From the IMG/VR virus record IMGVR_UViG_3300002835_000017: DNA of 64,000 nt. One strand, 5' to 3'. Origin of the DNA: a virus. A program made the translations under genes and the position numbers. This document shows, piece after piece, positions 1-9,691 of this stretch. Positions within the stretch are counted from its first letter, which is position 1. The number at the start of each line of letters is the position of its first letter. The notes under the pieces are model-generated. The model was not told the origin of the DNA, did not search any database, and saw only the letters and a list, made by a program, of their open reading frames with translations.

Positions 1-176
1 TCACGATTTGCTCGGAGAATTAATTCGTGCTGCGCTATTCTACTTTCTAAATTTGTCCTTTCTTCTCCAGACGCAGTAGCGGCAGCTCTATTCATTTCGA
101 GAATACGAGCATTAACGAGTTCGATTTCTCGAAGTAACGCTAATCTATCCTGTTGGTCCTGATTGGGTGTTGACAT
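1..176 (-). CDS. 5' end of a gene running off the window; probable tape measure protein
   Basis: ATG at 176 opens MSTPNQDQQDRLALLREIELVNARILEMNRAAATASGEERTNLESRIAQHELILRANR with no stop before position 1; helical/coiled-coil character; lies after tail tube and chaperone genes. Not in the ORF track. Confidence 0.5.
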   Translation of the reverse strand, partial: MSTPNQDQQDRLALLREIELVNARILEMNRAAATASGEERTNLESRIAQHELILRANR

Positions 177-188
177 TTAATATATAAA

Positions 189-446
189 TTACTTTATACC
201 GTATTTTTTTTGAAAATCATCAAGATGTTTAGTATCTCCTCCTCCATACTTCATCATCATGTGCCTATTCCAATCAGTACTTTTAGAAATTTTATCATCA
301 TAATCTTTCCAAATATCCGCAAGTTCTGGACTTTTATCTCTTAATGATGATAACCACTCACTTTCTTTTCCATCGGATTTAGCTCGAAAAAAACTTTTGA
401 AAAATCCCATTAAACCGGCTTCTGTTATTTTTATTTTTTTAGACAT
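189..446 (-). CDS. Hypothetical protein with short basic leader ending I-T-E (possible protease-processed virion protein)
   Basis: 85-aa ORF, MSKKIKITE|AGLMGFF; late-promoter motif at 470-478. Confidence 0.6.
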   Translation of the reverse strand: MSKKIKITEAGLMGFFKSFFRAKSDGKESEWLSSLRDKSPELADIWKDYDDKISKSTDWNRHMMMKYGGGDTKHLDDFQKKYGIK

Positions 447-477
447 GATAGTTCTATTATTTATTCTTATATAAATA

Positions 478-710
478 TCATCTTCTTCTTATTTTAGAAG
501 AATTATTTGATTGAGATTTACTTGTAGCTTTATTCATTGCTTCACTTTCACTTTCTTTTGCTTTCAATAATTCTCTCCAATAGAACTCCCGTAATTTAAT
601 GGGCATAAAATATACATCATGCCAATTAAATCCACCATTAGCATAATAAACCATTTGAAATAGTTTTTGATGTAATACTATGGAATAATTACTCGGAAGG
701 GTAAAAAAAG
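478..710 (-). CDS. Tail assembly chaperone C-terminal part (T4 gp51-like / gpGT-like), probably reached by frameshift from the upstream gene
   Basis: GGFNWHDVYFMPIKLREFY resembles the gp51-type W..V..MP...R motif; frame overlaps the end of 689..1507 at a T7 run; alternative internal ATG at 654. Confidence 0.6.
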
Positions 711-1507
711 TCGACCCCGAATGGGATACGAAGAACCTCCTTTTCTCCTGTAAAAGGTGATTCGTAATCAAATTTTAAATCTAAATCTGGACTAATTTTA
801 CCAATCTCTTTTCTCAATGTTTTGGAATCTCCTGCTAATAATCTATTTGTAACAAAGTTACTAATATATCCTAAATCCCTATTACCATCTACTTCTGTAA
901 TAATTCTTCTGTATCTGGATGTGATTTCATTACTTCCCTTTGTAGTTTTTTGTAAAGCTTCTATATCTTTATTTATTGCAAGTTCATCACCATGTGTTAA
1001 TAATCTAAACTTTATAGGAGTTTTAGAAATAGGTAACGTATAATCATATTCATTATGTCTTGATAGTAAACTTTCGTCAATTTCTTTGATTTGAATTTTT
1101 AATAAATCTACTACTACCTTTACAGGTTCATTTTCGTTAGGGTCATTAATTGTAACTTCATATTCAGGTCCGAACGCTAACACTCTGGATGATATCAAAA
1201 TAGCATTTTTATCACCTATTAATAAATCATGTACATTTACTCCAGGTTCAACTACTACTGATTCTAAAAGTTTATCTAAATGTATTCCTTTTTTAACTAA
1301 ATTAGGAGAAGTAAGGATATCCTCTTCCTTTGCCGTCATTAATTTAATCGTAATTTCTCCTTTAGCCAATGGGGATGATTCTGGATAACACAATCCTTTA
1401 GATGGTAAACTGATAACCTCCGTTGGGAATGGATAATTTTTTTGCTCATGAGAAGGCGTTGCACCTAATCCTCTAGTAACCTGTTGTTCTACGTTTTGTT
1501 GTTCCAT
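689..1507 (-). CDS. T4 gp26-like baseplate hub / tail assembly chaperone
   Basis: ISLPSKGLCYP, MTAKEEDIL, DLLIGDKNAIL, FRLLTHGDE motifs; directly after tail tube; start at MEQQ (1507) preferred to 1519. Confidence 0.75.
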   Translation of the reverse strand: MEQQNVEQQVTRGLGATPSHEQKNYPFPTEVISLPSKGLCYPESSPLAKGEITIKLMTAKEEDILTSPNLVKKGIHLDKLLESVVVEPGVNVHDLLIGDKNAILISSRVLAFGPEYEVTINDPNENEPVKVVVDLLKIQIKEIDESLLSRHNEYDYTLPISKTPIKFRLLTHGDELAINKDIEALQKTTKGSNEITSRYRRIITEVDGNRDLGYISNFVTNRLLAGDSKTLRKEIGKISPDLDLKFDYESPFTGEKEVLRIPFGVDFFYPSE

Positions 1508-1547
1508 AAATAATAACATTTTGTTTAATTATAAGTATATATAAAAC

Positions 1548-1580
1548 AAAAAAATGGAATGTATTTCTACACTCCATTTT
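1548..1580 (-). terminator. Rho-independent terminator after tail tube gene
   Basis: Minus strand AAAATGGAGTGTAGAAATACATTCCATTTTTTT: hairpin followed by U-tract. Confidence 0.7.
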
Positions 1581-1607
1581 AGTTATTTTAAAGTTTACAA
1601 TTAAAGA

Positions 1608-2096
1608 TTAGTATTCAAGAATTGCGTAATCATAAGTTAAAGTTAATTCTATCGATAGTGGGTCGTTTGAAGCCCAATCCAATTCACCAAAGTTTGCCGA
1701 AGTAATGAATGCTCCTTTAAGAGTCCATTGTTCTACTTTATCACCAACTGGACCTAATAAGAAGAAATTGATATCTTTCTTATAAAAAGCTGCATACCCA
1801 TCTCTACCTGTCAATGATTCATGTGAACTTCTAACCCACTCCATAACTTGTTGTGCTCCAGATGGAACAATTGGGTCATAAAGAGATATAGTTATATCAT
1901 CCCAAGTTGATTTTCCCTTTATCTTACGCTTTACGTTGATATGGTCTAATTCAACTATTTCCGAAGTAAATGTTGGTCTACTTGCAGTTTTGATGATGTA
2001 TGATTCAATACCATTGATTTCCATAATAAATCTATTCCCCAATTTGGGTTCAAAATTTCTGTAGAACATCTTGTCAAACTCTAATATTTCTGGCAT
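1608..2096 (-). CDS. g19: Tail tube protein (T4 gp19-like)
   Basis: FEPKLGNRF, WDDITISLYDP, WTLKGAFITSANFGELDW, LTYDYA; follows the sheath gene. Confidence 0.9.
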   Translation of the reverse strand: MPEILEFDKMFYRNFEPKLGNRFIMEINGIESYIIKTASRPTFTSEIVELDHINVKRKIKGKSTWDDITISLYDPIVPSGAQQVMEWVRSSHESLTGRDGYAAFYKKDINFFLLGPVGDKVEQWTLKGAFITSANFGELDWASNDPLSIELTLTYDYAILEY

Positions 2097-2123
2097 TTGT
2101 GTATATATTTAATGTTTATTACT

Positions 2124-2132
2124 TATAAATAT
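2124..2132 (-). promoter_or_regulatory. Putative late promoter ATATTTATA (representative copy, tail tube)
   Basis: Identical 9-mer upstream of 14 structural genes; plus-strand starts 470, 2124, 4414, 6200, 9683, 14281, 15155, 19061, 25256, 25696, 32080, 34759, 37540, 46046. Confidence 0.7.
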
Positions 2133-2144
2133 TGTTTTTTAAAA

Positions 2145-4379
2145 TTATCCGCTAAAACTTGCTCCAGTTGGTAAAATGTTGAAATCAATTTGAATGAATT
2201 CAGCAGTTTTAGTTGGTTGTAAGAAGATAGCTCCTGCTAATATGTTTCTATCAATCACATCAGGTGTGTTGTTAGTATCATCCATTACAACTCTGAATGC
2301 GTAAAGTCCTTGTCTTTGTTGGATACTATCCAAATATGGATTAACGATGTTTAAGAATCGATTTCTAGTTTCAGAAGTATTTTGTTCAAACACTAAATAT
2401 CTAGATGAAGATGCAATAAACTTTCTAACAGTCAACAACAATCTTCTTACGTTGATTCTATCCAATGCAGATGGTCTATCTTGCAATGTTTTTTGTCCGA
2501 ATACTACGATACCTTGTCCAGGGAACTGAACGATTGGGTTTACTTTGTTTTCGTATAGTTCATCCTTTTCAGATTGTGTTAATCTGTTCAACAAACTAAC
2601 TGCTCCTACTAAACCACCTCTATTCAAACCTGCTGGTGCGAACCATTCTGCTGCTACTCTATCGTTTGCTGCGAATACGCCAGGTAATAATACTGATGGT
2701 GGGATTGTGATTAGTTTGTTTGTATTAACATCAATAGTCTTAACCCAAGGATAGTAAGTTGCTACCATATTTGAATCAATTGCCGAAGCTTGAGCGGTTG
2801 CTAATGAAATTGAATCATTATACGCAGTTGTATCTAAAATGTAGAAACAATCATTTCGTTGTTCAACCATATCCAATACTGAAGTTGCTACTGATGGGTG
2901 TAATCTTCTAATAACACCAGGAGTTACTACCATATTGATATCAAACTCGTCAACATTTGATAATGCTGCGATATGTTTAGCGTATGCTACAGAACCACTA
3001 GCAGTTACCGTTGATAAATTAAATCCTTGTGAATTACCTGCCAAAATATCTGCTCCAGTCAATATTGGAGTTGCAGGGTTCATACCATCAAATCCTTCTT
3101 GGAATGCTACAACGAATTGTGCTAAAGAAGAACCTACTGATAATGTACCACCATTTGCCACATCTAATCCAAATACAGAGTTAGAACCTACACCTGCTCC
3201 TGTCGGAATTGGCTTTAAGTAAATTACGTTATCAGTATTGTTATCCAAATCTATACCACCATATTGTGCTACTGATGAAGTTAGGAATGATACAGATGGA
3301 ATCAATGCTCCAACTGCTGCTGATGCAGATACTGGCAAAGTATATGCTGCGTGTCCGAATGGTACTGCTTGTACAGGAGCGGATGTGTTTAAGTTTGCAA
3401 CTCTAACATATTTTGAGTTATTTACCCAATCACCGCTTTCAGTAATTTTACCTAATTCATCAATTGATAATTTTCTATCACCAATTACTCTACTGATATA
3501 GTTAGGAGAATTTGGGTCTAAATTTACATTAGAATAAGTTTCTAATACTACTTTCTTTTTATTTGTATCAGCAAACTCTCTCACAACTACAGTAAATGTA
3601 CCATAATCAGTACCGCTTACCGAACCTGCTGCTTTAATATTAGTGATACCAATTTTAACTTTAGTATTTGCTGCGTTTCCAGCACCAATTGTTTCGAATT
3701 GGAATAAGTTATATCTATCACCAGAGATTAATTGAGAGTTAATCATTGGTGTTAATGCTTCTTGTGCATCGAATGTAAAGAGTTGGTCACCCAATACGGT
3801 TACTGAAGAAGATGCACTGGAATTAAATGTTATAGATGAGTTTTTGAAAAATCCATACACATAAGGGTCTTTAGAACCAAATGCAGATGTTCCAAATACT
3901 GCCTCAATATCGTTTGTATCGGTTACATCCAAAGAAGCAGATACGTTTAATCCACTACCTCTTAATACGAAATCACCTGCTCCTGCATTAGAAGAAGTTA
4001 ATTGTGCGTCTGCAAAACCTCCGTTTGCACTTCCTGATGTATTGAATAGAATACCTAATGATGCTGATACTGCTCCTGAAGTTGCGGTTAACAATAATGG
4101 AGCGGTTTCGGTATATCCACCAACACCCCCAACTCTACAAATTGTAGCAGTTCCTGCTTCTCTTAAATAATTTTGTACTGCTAATGGAGTGAGGTATGTA
4201 CCATCTGCTACTCCAAATAGTCTTTCAAATTCTGCTTGTGAATTTACGATTGTAGGTACTAATGGTCCTTCTTTAAAAGGTCCAATAAATGCTGCACCAA
4301 TATCTGCTACCCCTTGTTGTAAGAATGAAAGGTCGTTTTCTTTAGTAAATACACCTGGTGATACTATTTTGTCTGCCAT
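2145..4379 (-). CDS. g18: Contractile tail sheath protein (T4 gp18-like)
   Basis: SPGVFTKEND N-terminus, YYPW, WFAPAGLNRG, FGQKTLQ, DRINVRRL, FEQN, QPTKTAEFI. Confidence 0.95.
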   Translation of the reverse strand: MADKIVSPGVFTKENDLSFLQQGVADIGAAFIGPFKEGPLVPTIVNSQAEFERLFGVADGTYLTPLAVQNYLREAGTATICRVGGVGGYTETAPLLLTATSGAVSASLGILFNTSGSANGGFADAQLTSSNAGAGDFVLRGSGLNVSASLDVTDTNDIEAVFGTSAFGSKDPYVYGFFKNSSITFNSSASSSVTVLGDQLFTFDAQEALTPMINSQLISGDRYNLFQFETIGAGNAANTKVKIGITNIKAAGSVSGTDYGTFTVVVREFADTNKKKVVLETYSNVNLDPNSPNYISRVIGDRKLSIDELGKITESGDWVNNSKYVRVANLNTSAPVQAVPFGHAAYTLPVSASAAVGALIPSVSFLTSSVAQYGGIDLDNNTDNVIYLKPIPTGAGVGSNSVFGLDVANGGTLSVGSSLAQFVVAFQEGFDGMNPATPILTGADILAGNSQGFNLSTVTASGSVAYAKHIAALSNVDEFDINMVVTPGVIRRLHPSVATSVLDMVEQRNDCFYILDTTAYNDSISLATAQASAIDSNMVATYYPWVKTIDVNTNKLITIPPSVLLPGVFAANDRVAAEWFAPAGLNRGGLVGAVSLLNRLTQSEKDELYENKVNPIVQFPGQGIVVFGQKTLQDRPSALDRINVRRLLLTVRKFIASSSRYLVFEQNTSETRNRFLNIVNPYLDSIQQRQGLYAFRVVMDDTNNTPDVIDRNILAGAIFLQPTKTAEFIQIDFNILPTGASFSG

Positions 4380-4413
4380 TTTATATGCTAATTTAAAATT
4401 TTTATTATCTTAA

Positions 4414-4422
4414 TATAAATAT
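4414..4422 (-). promoter_or_regulatory. Putative late promoter ATATTTATA (tail sheath)
   Basis: Same 9-mer ~35 nt upstream of the sheath ATG. Confidence 0.7.
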
Positions 4423-4449
4423 TAAAATTATTTTCAAAACAACAAATTA

Positions 4450-6177
4450 CTATTTGTATGTTGGAGAAAAATAATCATATACTTGTCCTACCGATGTTGC
4501 GTTTTGCAATGTGTTGTAGAATAATACAGGTCCGATTTGTCCATTCCAGAATGTTGTTCTACCACTATTACATCCAATTGTTAAGAAGTTAGTAGATGAT
4601 GGTGCCGTAAATGCTGATGCAGTAAATGTTCCTACTGAAGTTTTATCTACATAAACTGTCACCGTTCCCGATGGTTGGAATGTTGCAGAAATCATATACC
4701 ATACGTTTGATGATAATGATGTTGTTAATTGTGCACTATTTCCTAATGTACTACCATAGAATTTTACTCTATTCAAAGTAGAACTATCAGATGATTCAAT
4801 TGCTAAACCATAAAATCCAGCGTAATCAAAAATATGTCGTGATGCTACACCCAATGTTGTTGTAGGTCTAACCCATACGTGAATTGTACCAGTATTAGTA
4901 TTGAATTGAGAATACCCCCCATTGATGTTGGTAGTAGTATCTTTGTACCAAAATTGGTTTGTACCATTTCCTGCGAAATATTTATCTTTTCTTGTTGCTC
5001 CGTTATTATATGATGGGTTATCACCAGTAATACCAGCTGCGTTTGCAACACCCGCAGGTCTAACACCCGTATTATATCCACTTAAATCTAACCAATCCGT
5101 TGTAACAGTTCCGTTTGTAGATGATGCTTTGGATGGGTCTAAATATAATCTTAATCCAGCAGCTGGAATTGGTGGTTGTGTAGTAGTTCCTTTGTTATGA
5201 GATACAATACCGTTTGCTAAATAAACGTCAGCATTTTCCACATTAAGTGTTACAATTTCAACATCTTCAATTATTACCTCAATATCAGTAATTTCTATTT
5301 CATTTAAACCTGTCACTGAATCGTATGTTACTACTAAATCACCTGGTAATACATCTTCAACATTTTTGAAACGATATTTTTCAATTTCACTATCCCAAAC
5401 CCAAAGAGGGTGAGTTCCAGTTGATTTGATTAAACCATTGTTTAAATCATAATATCCACTTGCAAAGTTAAAGACAATATCTGCTACATTTACTTCTTGA
5501 TATGAGCCAGATTGATTTTCTAACATATAGAATCTCCAATCAACTTGGTCTGATTCTGAATCCTGGTCTTCATCAGGTAAACCATCTGGTACCCATGCTT
5601 TAATAGTATCACCCACCGAAAGGTCTTCTACATTTACAATAGTTCCATCCGCTTTAGTTATTTTTGTTCCAAATAATAAACAGAAATCAGGTTGGTTAAT
5701 TGTGTTGTACACATCTACCGCGTATAATGTTTTTGTAGATGTTGAATTATAGCCAGTTGCTGCTAAATTATAACCATCTTCATACTTCATAGATAATACA
5801 GAAGATGCTTCTGAATATGTTGATTGAGCGATTGATGCAGGAGTTATTGGAAATGATGGAGATGCACCTAAAGTGGGTGAACCTACTGTAAAGTTTCCAT
5901 TATTAAATGTTACTGAATAGTTTGCTGCTACGTTACCAACTTTAGTACCATGCAGTGTACCCGCAGTTCCAAATGAAAATGTTGCCGCTTCTTCTGTACT
6001 TTCTACAATGTAAGTGAAAGTTGGTAAATTTGGGGTTACAGAATCTATTGCAAATGCGGTAAATGAACTATTAGATGTTCCTCCAGATAGCCCACCAATG
6101 GAAACTGCTTGAGATGTTCGGGCTGACCCGCTAACTGCTCTATATAAATTTCCTAATGATAAATTAGTTCTTGGCAT
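4450..6177 (-). CDS. Virion-associated protein: Ser/Thr-rich N-domain + Hint (BIL-like) domain + LamG/ConA-like lectin domain
   Basis: CLLFGTKI...STGTHP...YLANGIVSHN|K Hint motifs (5194-5682); LRLYLDPS, TIHVWVRP, WYMISATF, WNGQIG LamG motifs. Confidence 0.8.
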   Translation of the reverse strand: MPRTNLSLGNLYRAVSGSARTSQAVSIGGLSGGTSNSSFTAFAIDSVTPNLPTFTYIVESTEEAATFSFGTAGTLHGTKVGNVAANYSVTFNNGNFTVGSPTLGASPSFPITPASIAQSTYSEASSVLSMKYEDGYNLAATGYNSTSTKTLYAVDVYNTINQPDFCLLFGTKITKADGTIVNVEDLSVGDTIKAWVPDGLPDEDQDSESDQVDWRFYMLENQSGSYQEVNVADIVFNFASGYYDLNNGLIKSTGTHPLWVWDSEIEKYRFKNVEDVLPGDLVVTYDSVTGLNEIEITDIEVIIEDVEIVTLNVENADVYLANGIVSHNKGTTTQPPIPAAGLRLYLDPSKASSTNGTVTTDWLDLSGYNTGVRPAGVANAAGITGDNPSYNNGATRKDKYFAGNGTNQFWYKDTTTNINGGYSQFNTNTGTIHVWVRPTTTLGVASRHIFDYAGFYGLAIESSDSSTLNRVKFYGSTLGNSAQLTTSLSSNVWYMISATFQPSGTVTVYVDKTSVGTFTASAFTAPSSTNFLTIGCNSGRTTFWNGQIGPVLFYNTLQNATSVGQVYDYFSPTYK

Positions 6178-6188
6178 ATTCGTATGTA

Positions 6189-7187
6189 TTATTCTCCGTT
6201 ATAAATATCTAAAAGTTTTTCTTTCCATACTTCTTTGTTTGAAAAGTGTTTTATCATCCAACTTTTAAGTTTTTGGAATTCTGTTTTACGGGTTTCGTAA
6301 CTATCCTCACAAATTATTTGGTAGGTTTTTTTAAATGTTTCCGCATTATTCGCTTTGTATTTGTAATCAAGTGGAACATGCCAATCTTCATGTAATATGG
6401 GAAGTTTACCCCAATCCACTGCCTCAAATATACCATATCCGAAGGGTTCGTGCTCAAAACAAGAATGAGAGATTCCCCAATCAAGTTCATAGAACCTTTC
6501 TTTAAATTTATAATCAAATTTGTAAACTTTGGATTTTTCGAATTTGAATCCATATTTCTTTTTATAGTATTTGTTGAATGTTTCTGAATTTGTAGAAATA
6601 AATCCACCTAACCCATTCATATATTCAACATTCTTTCTACCTTCTACTCTAGCGGCGTATCCTATCTCAATAGATTCTGAAAGCTCTTTATTTTGTTTAA
6701 ATTTATAAACATTTGGGATGTGATATAAATTTTCTGTTTTATATGGAAAATGATATAACCCTACCCAAACTTTATTTTTAATTTTATTAATTAATTCGCT
6801 TTCATATTCCCAATTACCATACCAATGTAAATATTCATCTTTTTCCATTTGTGCCAATAAAGACACTTTTGTTAAATTATGGAAAATAATTGAATCAATC
6901 TTTTCCAAATTTTGATGAATAGCTCTAGTTGGGGTATAATGACCATGAAGAATATGTATCCGTCTTGCACCTTCTAAATGTTTTATAATTTCATCTTCAG
7001 ATGTTTCCCAAATGTGGTCAATATCAATTGGAAATTCTTCATAGTTGTTAGGTCTATGTCTATGGAAAAGAAGAAGTGGCTTCACTTCTAAATGAGGAGC
7101 CACTTCTTTTATCCATTCGGTTACCCACATATCAGCACCGCTATTGAACCAAGGACCTCCAGCGGTGGTGTAGTAAACATCATACAT
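6189..7187 (-). CDS. GT-B (GT4-like) glycosyltransferase within the tail module
   Basis: SGADMW, YAARVEGRKN, HEPFGYGIFEAVDWGKLPIL (E-x7-E). Confidence 0.75.
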   Translation of the reverse strand: MYDVYYTTAGGPWFNSGADMWVTEWIKEVAPHLEVKPLLLFHRHRPNNYEEFPIDIDHIWETSEDEIIKHLEGARRIHILHGHYTPTRAIHQNLEKIDSIIFHNLTKVSLLAQMEKDEYLHWYGNWEYESELINKIKNKVWVGLYHFPYKTENLYHIPNVYKFKQNKELSESIEIGYAARVEGRKNVEYMNGLGGFISTNSETFNKYYKKKYGFKFEKSKVYKFDYKFKERFYELDWGISHSCFEHEPFGYGIFEAVDWGKLPILHEDWHVPLDYKYKANNAETFKKTYQIICEDSYETRKTEFQKLKSWMIKHFSNKEVWKEKLLDIYNGE

Positions 7188-7190
7188 TAA

Positions 7191-9641
7191 TTATAAACCT
7201 TTATTATTTGTACAATTATTTAAATCTATTCTTAATTGCTCTATTTGTAATTGTTGTTCTTTAATACCTTCGATTAGTAATGCTACTAACTTATCGTATT
7301 TAACTGCCTTAAATCCACTCTCTCTTGTCTGAACTAATTGAGGTAATACTGCTTCAATTTCTTGTGCGATTACACCCACATCGTTTCCTTCATATCCGTG
7401 CTCAACTTTGTTTTCTTCTTTCCAATCGTATGTGTTACCACTAATCTTTCTGATTTTGTCGATTGCGTTTTCAATTGGTTTGATGTTTTCTTTGAAACGA
7501 ATATCAGAAGATGAAAATGCAACGATATCATTTGCTGCATCAATTCTACCTGCAGTTCCAGTTGCAGCCATTCCTATACCTAAAGAGTTAAATCTTACGT
7601 TATCAGATGTTGCAACTGCTTGTCCGATTGAGATAGTTACTGCTCCAGTTGCTCCACTTACCGTTACACCTGTACCTGCAACATTTGAAGTTACACCTGT
7701 GTTTGCAATTGTTACTCCAGTAGAACCATTATACGATGTTCCACTTAATCCCGTACCAATTGTTAAGGTTGCTAAATTAGAACCTAAAGCGATACCTGAA
7801 ATTGTATTATTTGTTAATCCAATTGTTGGAGTTGCACCTTCACCACTATTATTAGAAAGAGTAATGTTAGTTCCTGCTACTAATGATGCTACATAGTTAC
7901 CAGATGTTCTAGTCCCTAATGCAATATCACCCGTTGTAGATGCTACGTTAATTTGTCCAGAACCTGAAACAACCGTATTTGCATCTAATTGAGTTTTTAC
8001 ACCCGTTGCAAATCCAGTAGTTGAACCTGCGGTAATTTGTGATGAACCAGATACTAAATTTGGAATAGTAATATCAGCAGAACCATTAAATGAAGTTCCG
8101 TTTATTGTTCTTGCAGTTGCTAATGTAGTTGCGGTTGATGCGTTACCTGTTAATGCTCCCGTAAATCCAGTTGAACTAACCGAAGTTAAACCTGCTATTG
8201 TTGTTGCAGTTCCACCTAATGCAATTGCAGTTGAACCAACTGTCACTGTATTAGTAGTGATTGAAGAACCTACTACCTGTGAAGAACCACTTATAACCGT
8301 TTCTGCATTTAATCTTGTCTTAATTGTAGTATTAATAGAAGATGTAAATGTTTCTAAATTAGATGTTTCAACTTCTAATGCAGTTAATCTTGTAATTGCA
8401 CTTCCACTTGCAGTTGATAATTGGTCTAATCTACTTGTTTGTGTAGTATTAGTTGTATCATTTGAACCAGTATATGTATTTAAAGAACTCAATATACCAA
8501 TTACTTGCGAAGAACCACTTACTACACCATTTGTTGCATTTATTGCTCCATTAAACGATGTTGCAGTTGATGCTCCTATTGTTGTAAGTGAACCACTTAT
8601 TTGAACTGAACCTGTAAATGAATGTGTATCATTCCCCGCATCACCAAATCGGTTAGAACCGCTACTAAATACAACACTTGCCGTTTGATTAACAGTTGTT
8701 AAATTTATAATAGTTAAATCTGTAATACTAGTTCCACTTAATTGTGAAGAACCACTAATAGTTCCCGTTGGTAATAATGGAGTAACTTGTGCTGCTCCAC
8801 TTACTATTCCTGCTGGTATAGAACTAATACTCGCGTATGCAATTTGTGATGAACCGGAAACAACTGTATTTGAATCCAATTGAGTTTTAATCGTTGTATT
8901 AATCGAAGATGTAAATGATTCTAAATTAGCAGTTTCAATTAATAAACTTGCAGTTGTTGTGTTTAAGTTTGCTACTGAAACTGTATTTGCAGATGCAGTT
9001 AAAATCAATGAACCAGAAATAGTTGCTAATGCAGTATTTTGAGTTAATTGAGATGATGTAAATGCATTAAATGAAGATGTTTCTGCATAATTACTAGTTG
9101 AACCAACAGATGATGATTGTGCAACTGTTTGAGTTACTACACCAGTATTATCCACAAATGCAATTGATGCAGTTGTAATTTGTACATTACCAATTTGAAT
9201 ACCACCACCTGCTACTGCATTAATTGTTGTTACTACTTGATTATTTGCAGGATTAACCATTTTGATTGAACCTGTTGAGATATATAAATCTCTCCAAAAT
9301 TTAGTAGCAGAACCTAAATCAAATGCGTTTGTAGTTTGTGGAATAAGAGATGAACTCAAAGATGCTACAACATTTACAGTATCAGATGATGCATCACCAA
9401 TTGTGATAGCTCCACCTAATGTTAAATTACCTGCAATATTTGCGTTTCCGGTAATATCTAACCCTGAACCTGAAATTGCTCCGAAATTTCCAGTACTACC
9501 TGTACCAGATGAACCTAATATAATGTCTCCGTTTGGACCACCAATTAATAAAGTTCCTAATGTTGTGTTTACATACGGTTCTCCGAATGCTAACGAACCT
9601 GATTGTTGTGCGGTTGTCCCACGTCTAAATTTAAGTGCCAT
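7191..9641 (-). CDS. Tail fibre with RRG..GE N-terminal head and C-terminal intramolecular chaperone (Peptidase_S74)
   Basis: MALKFRRG...LAFGEP; ARTINGTSFNGSADI repeat; SSDIRFKENI, GVIAQEIEAVLP, AVKYDKLVALLIEGIKE. Confidence 0.85.
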   Translation of the reverse strand: MALKFRRGTTAQQSGSLAFGEPYVNTTLGTLLIGGPNGDIILGSSGTGSTGNFGAISGSGLDITGNANIAGNLTLGGAITIGDASSDTVNVVASLSSSLIPQTTNAFDLGSATKFWRDLYISTGSIKMVNPANNQVVTTINAVAGGGIQIGNVQITTASIAFVDNTGVVTQTVAQSSSVGSTSNYAETSSFNAFTSSQLTQNTALATISGSLILTASANTVSVANLNTTTASLLIETANLESFTSSINTTIKTQLDSNTVVSGSSQIAYASISSIPAGIVSGAAQVTPLLPTGTISGSSQLSGTSITDLTIINLTTVNQTASVVFSSGSNRFGDAGNDTHSFTGSVQISGSLTTIGASTATSFNGAINATNGVVSGSSQVIGILSSLNTYTGSNDTTNTTQTSRLDQLSTASGSAITRLTALEVETSNLETFTSSINTTIKTRLNAETVISGSSQVVGSSITTNTVTVGSTAIALGGTATTIAGLTSVSSTGFTGALTGNASTATTLATARTINGTSFNGSADITIPNLVSGSSQITAGSTTGFATGVKTQLDANTVVSGSGQINVASTTGDIALGTRTSGNYVASLVAGTNITLSNNSGEGATPTIGLTNNTISGIALGSNLATLTIGTGLSGTSYNGSTGVTIANTGVTSNVAGTGVTVSGATGAVTISIGQAVATSDNVRFNSLGIGMAATGTAGRIDAANDIVAFSSSDIRFKENIKPIENAIDKIRKISGNTYDWKEENKVEHGYEGNDVGVIAQEIEAVLPQLVQTRESGFKAVKYDKLVALLIEGIKEQQLQIEQLRIDLNNCTNNKGL

Positions 9642-9691
9642 CTAGTTTACCTTTTTTTTAGTACGATTAATTATGTTATGTGTATAAATAT

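Noticed and set aside
5194-5682. Canonical mobile intein
   Set aside because: No homing endonuclease and the +1 residue is Lys, so standard splicing is not expected; kept as a BIL-like Hint
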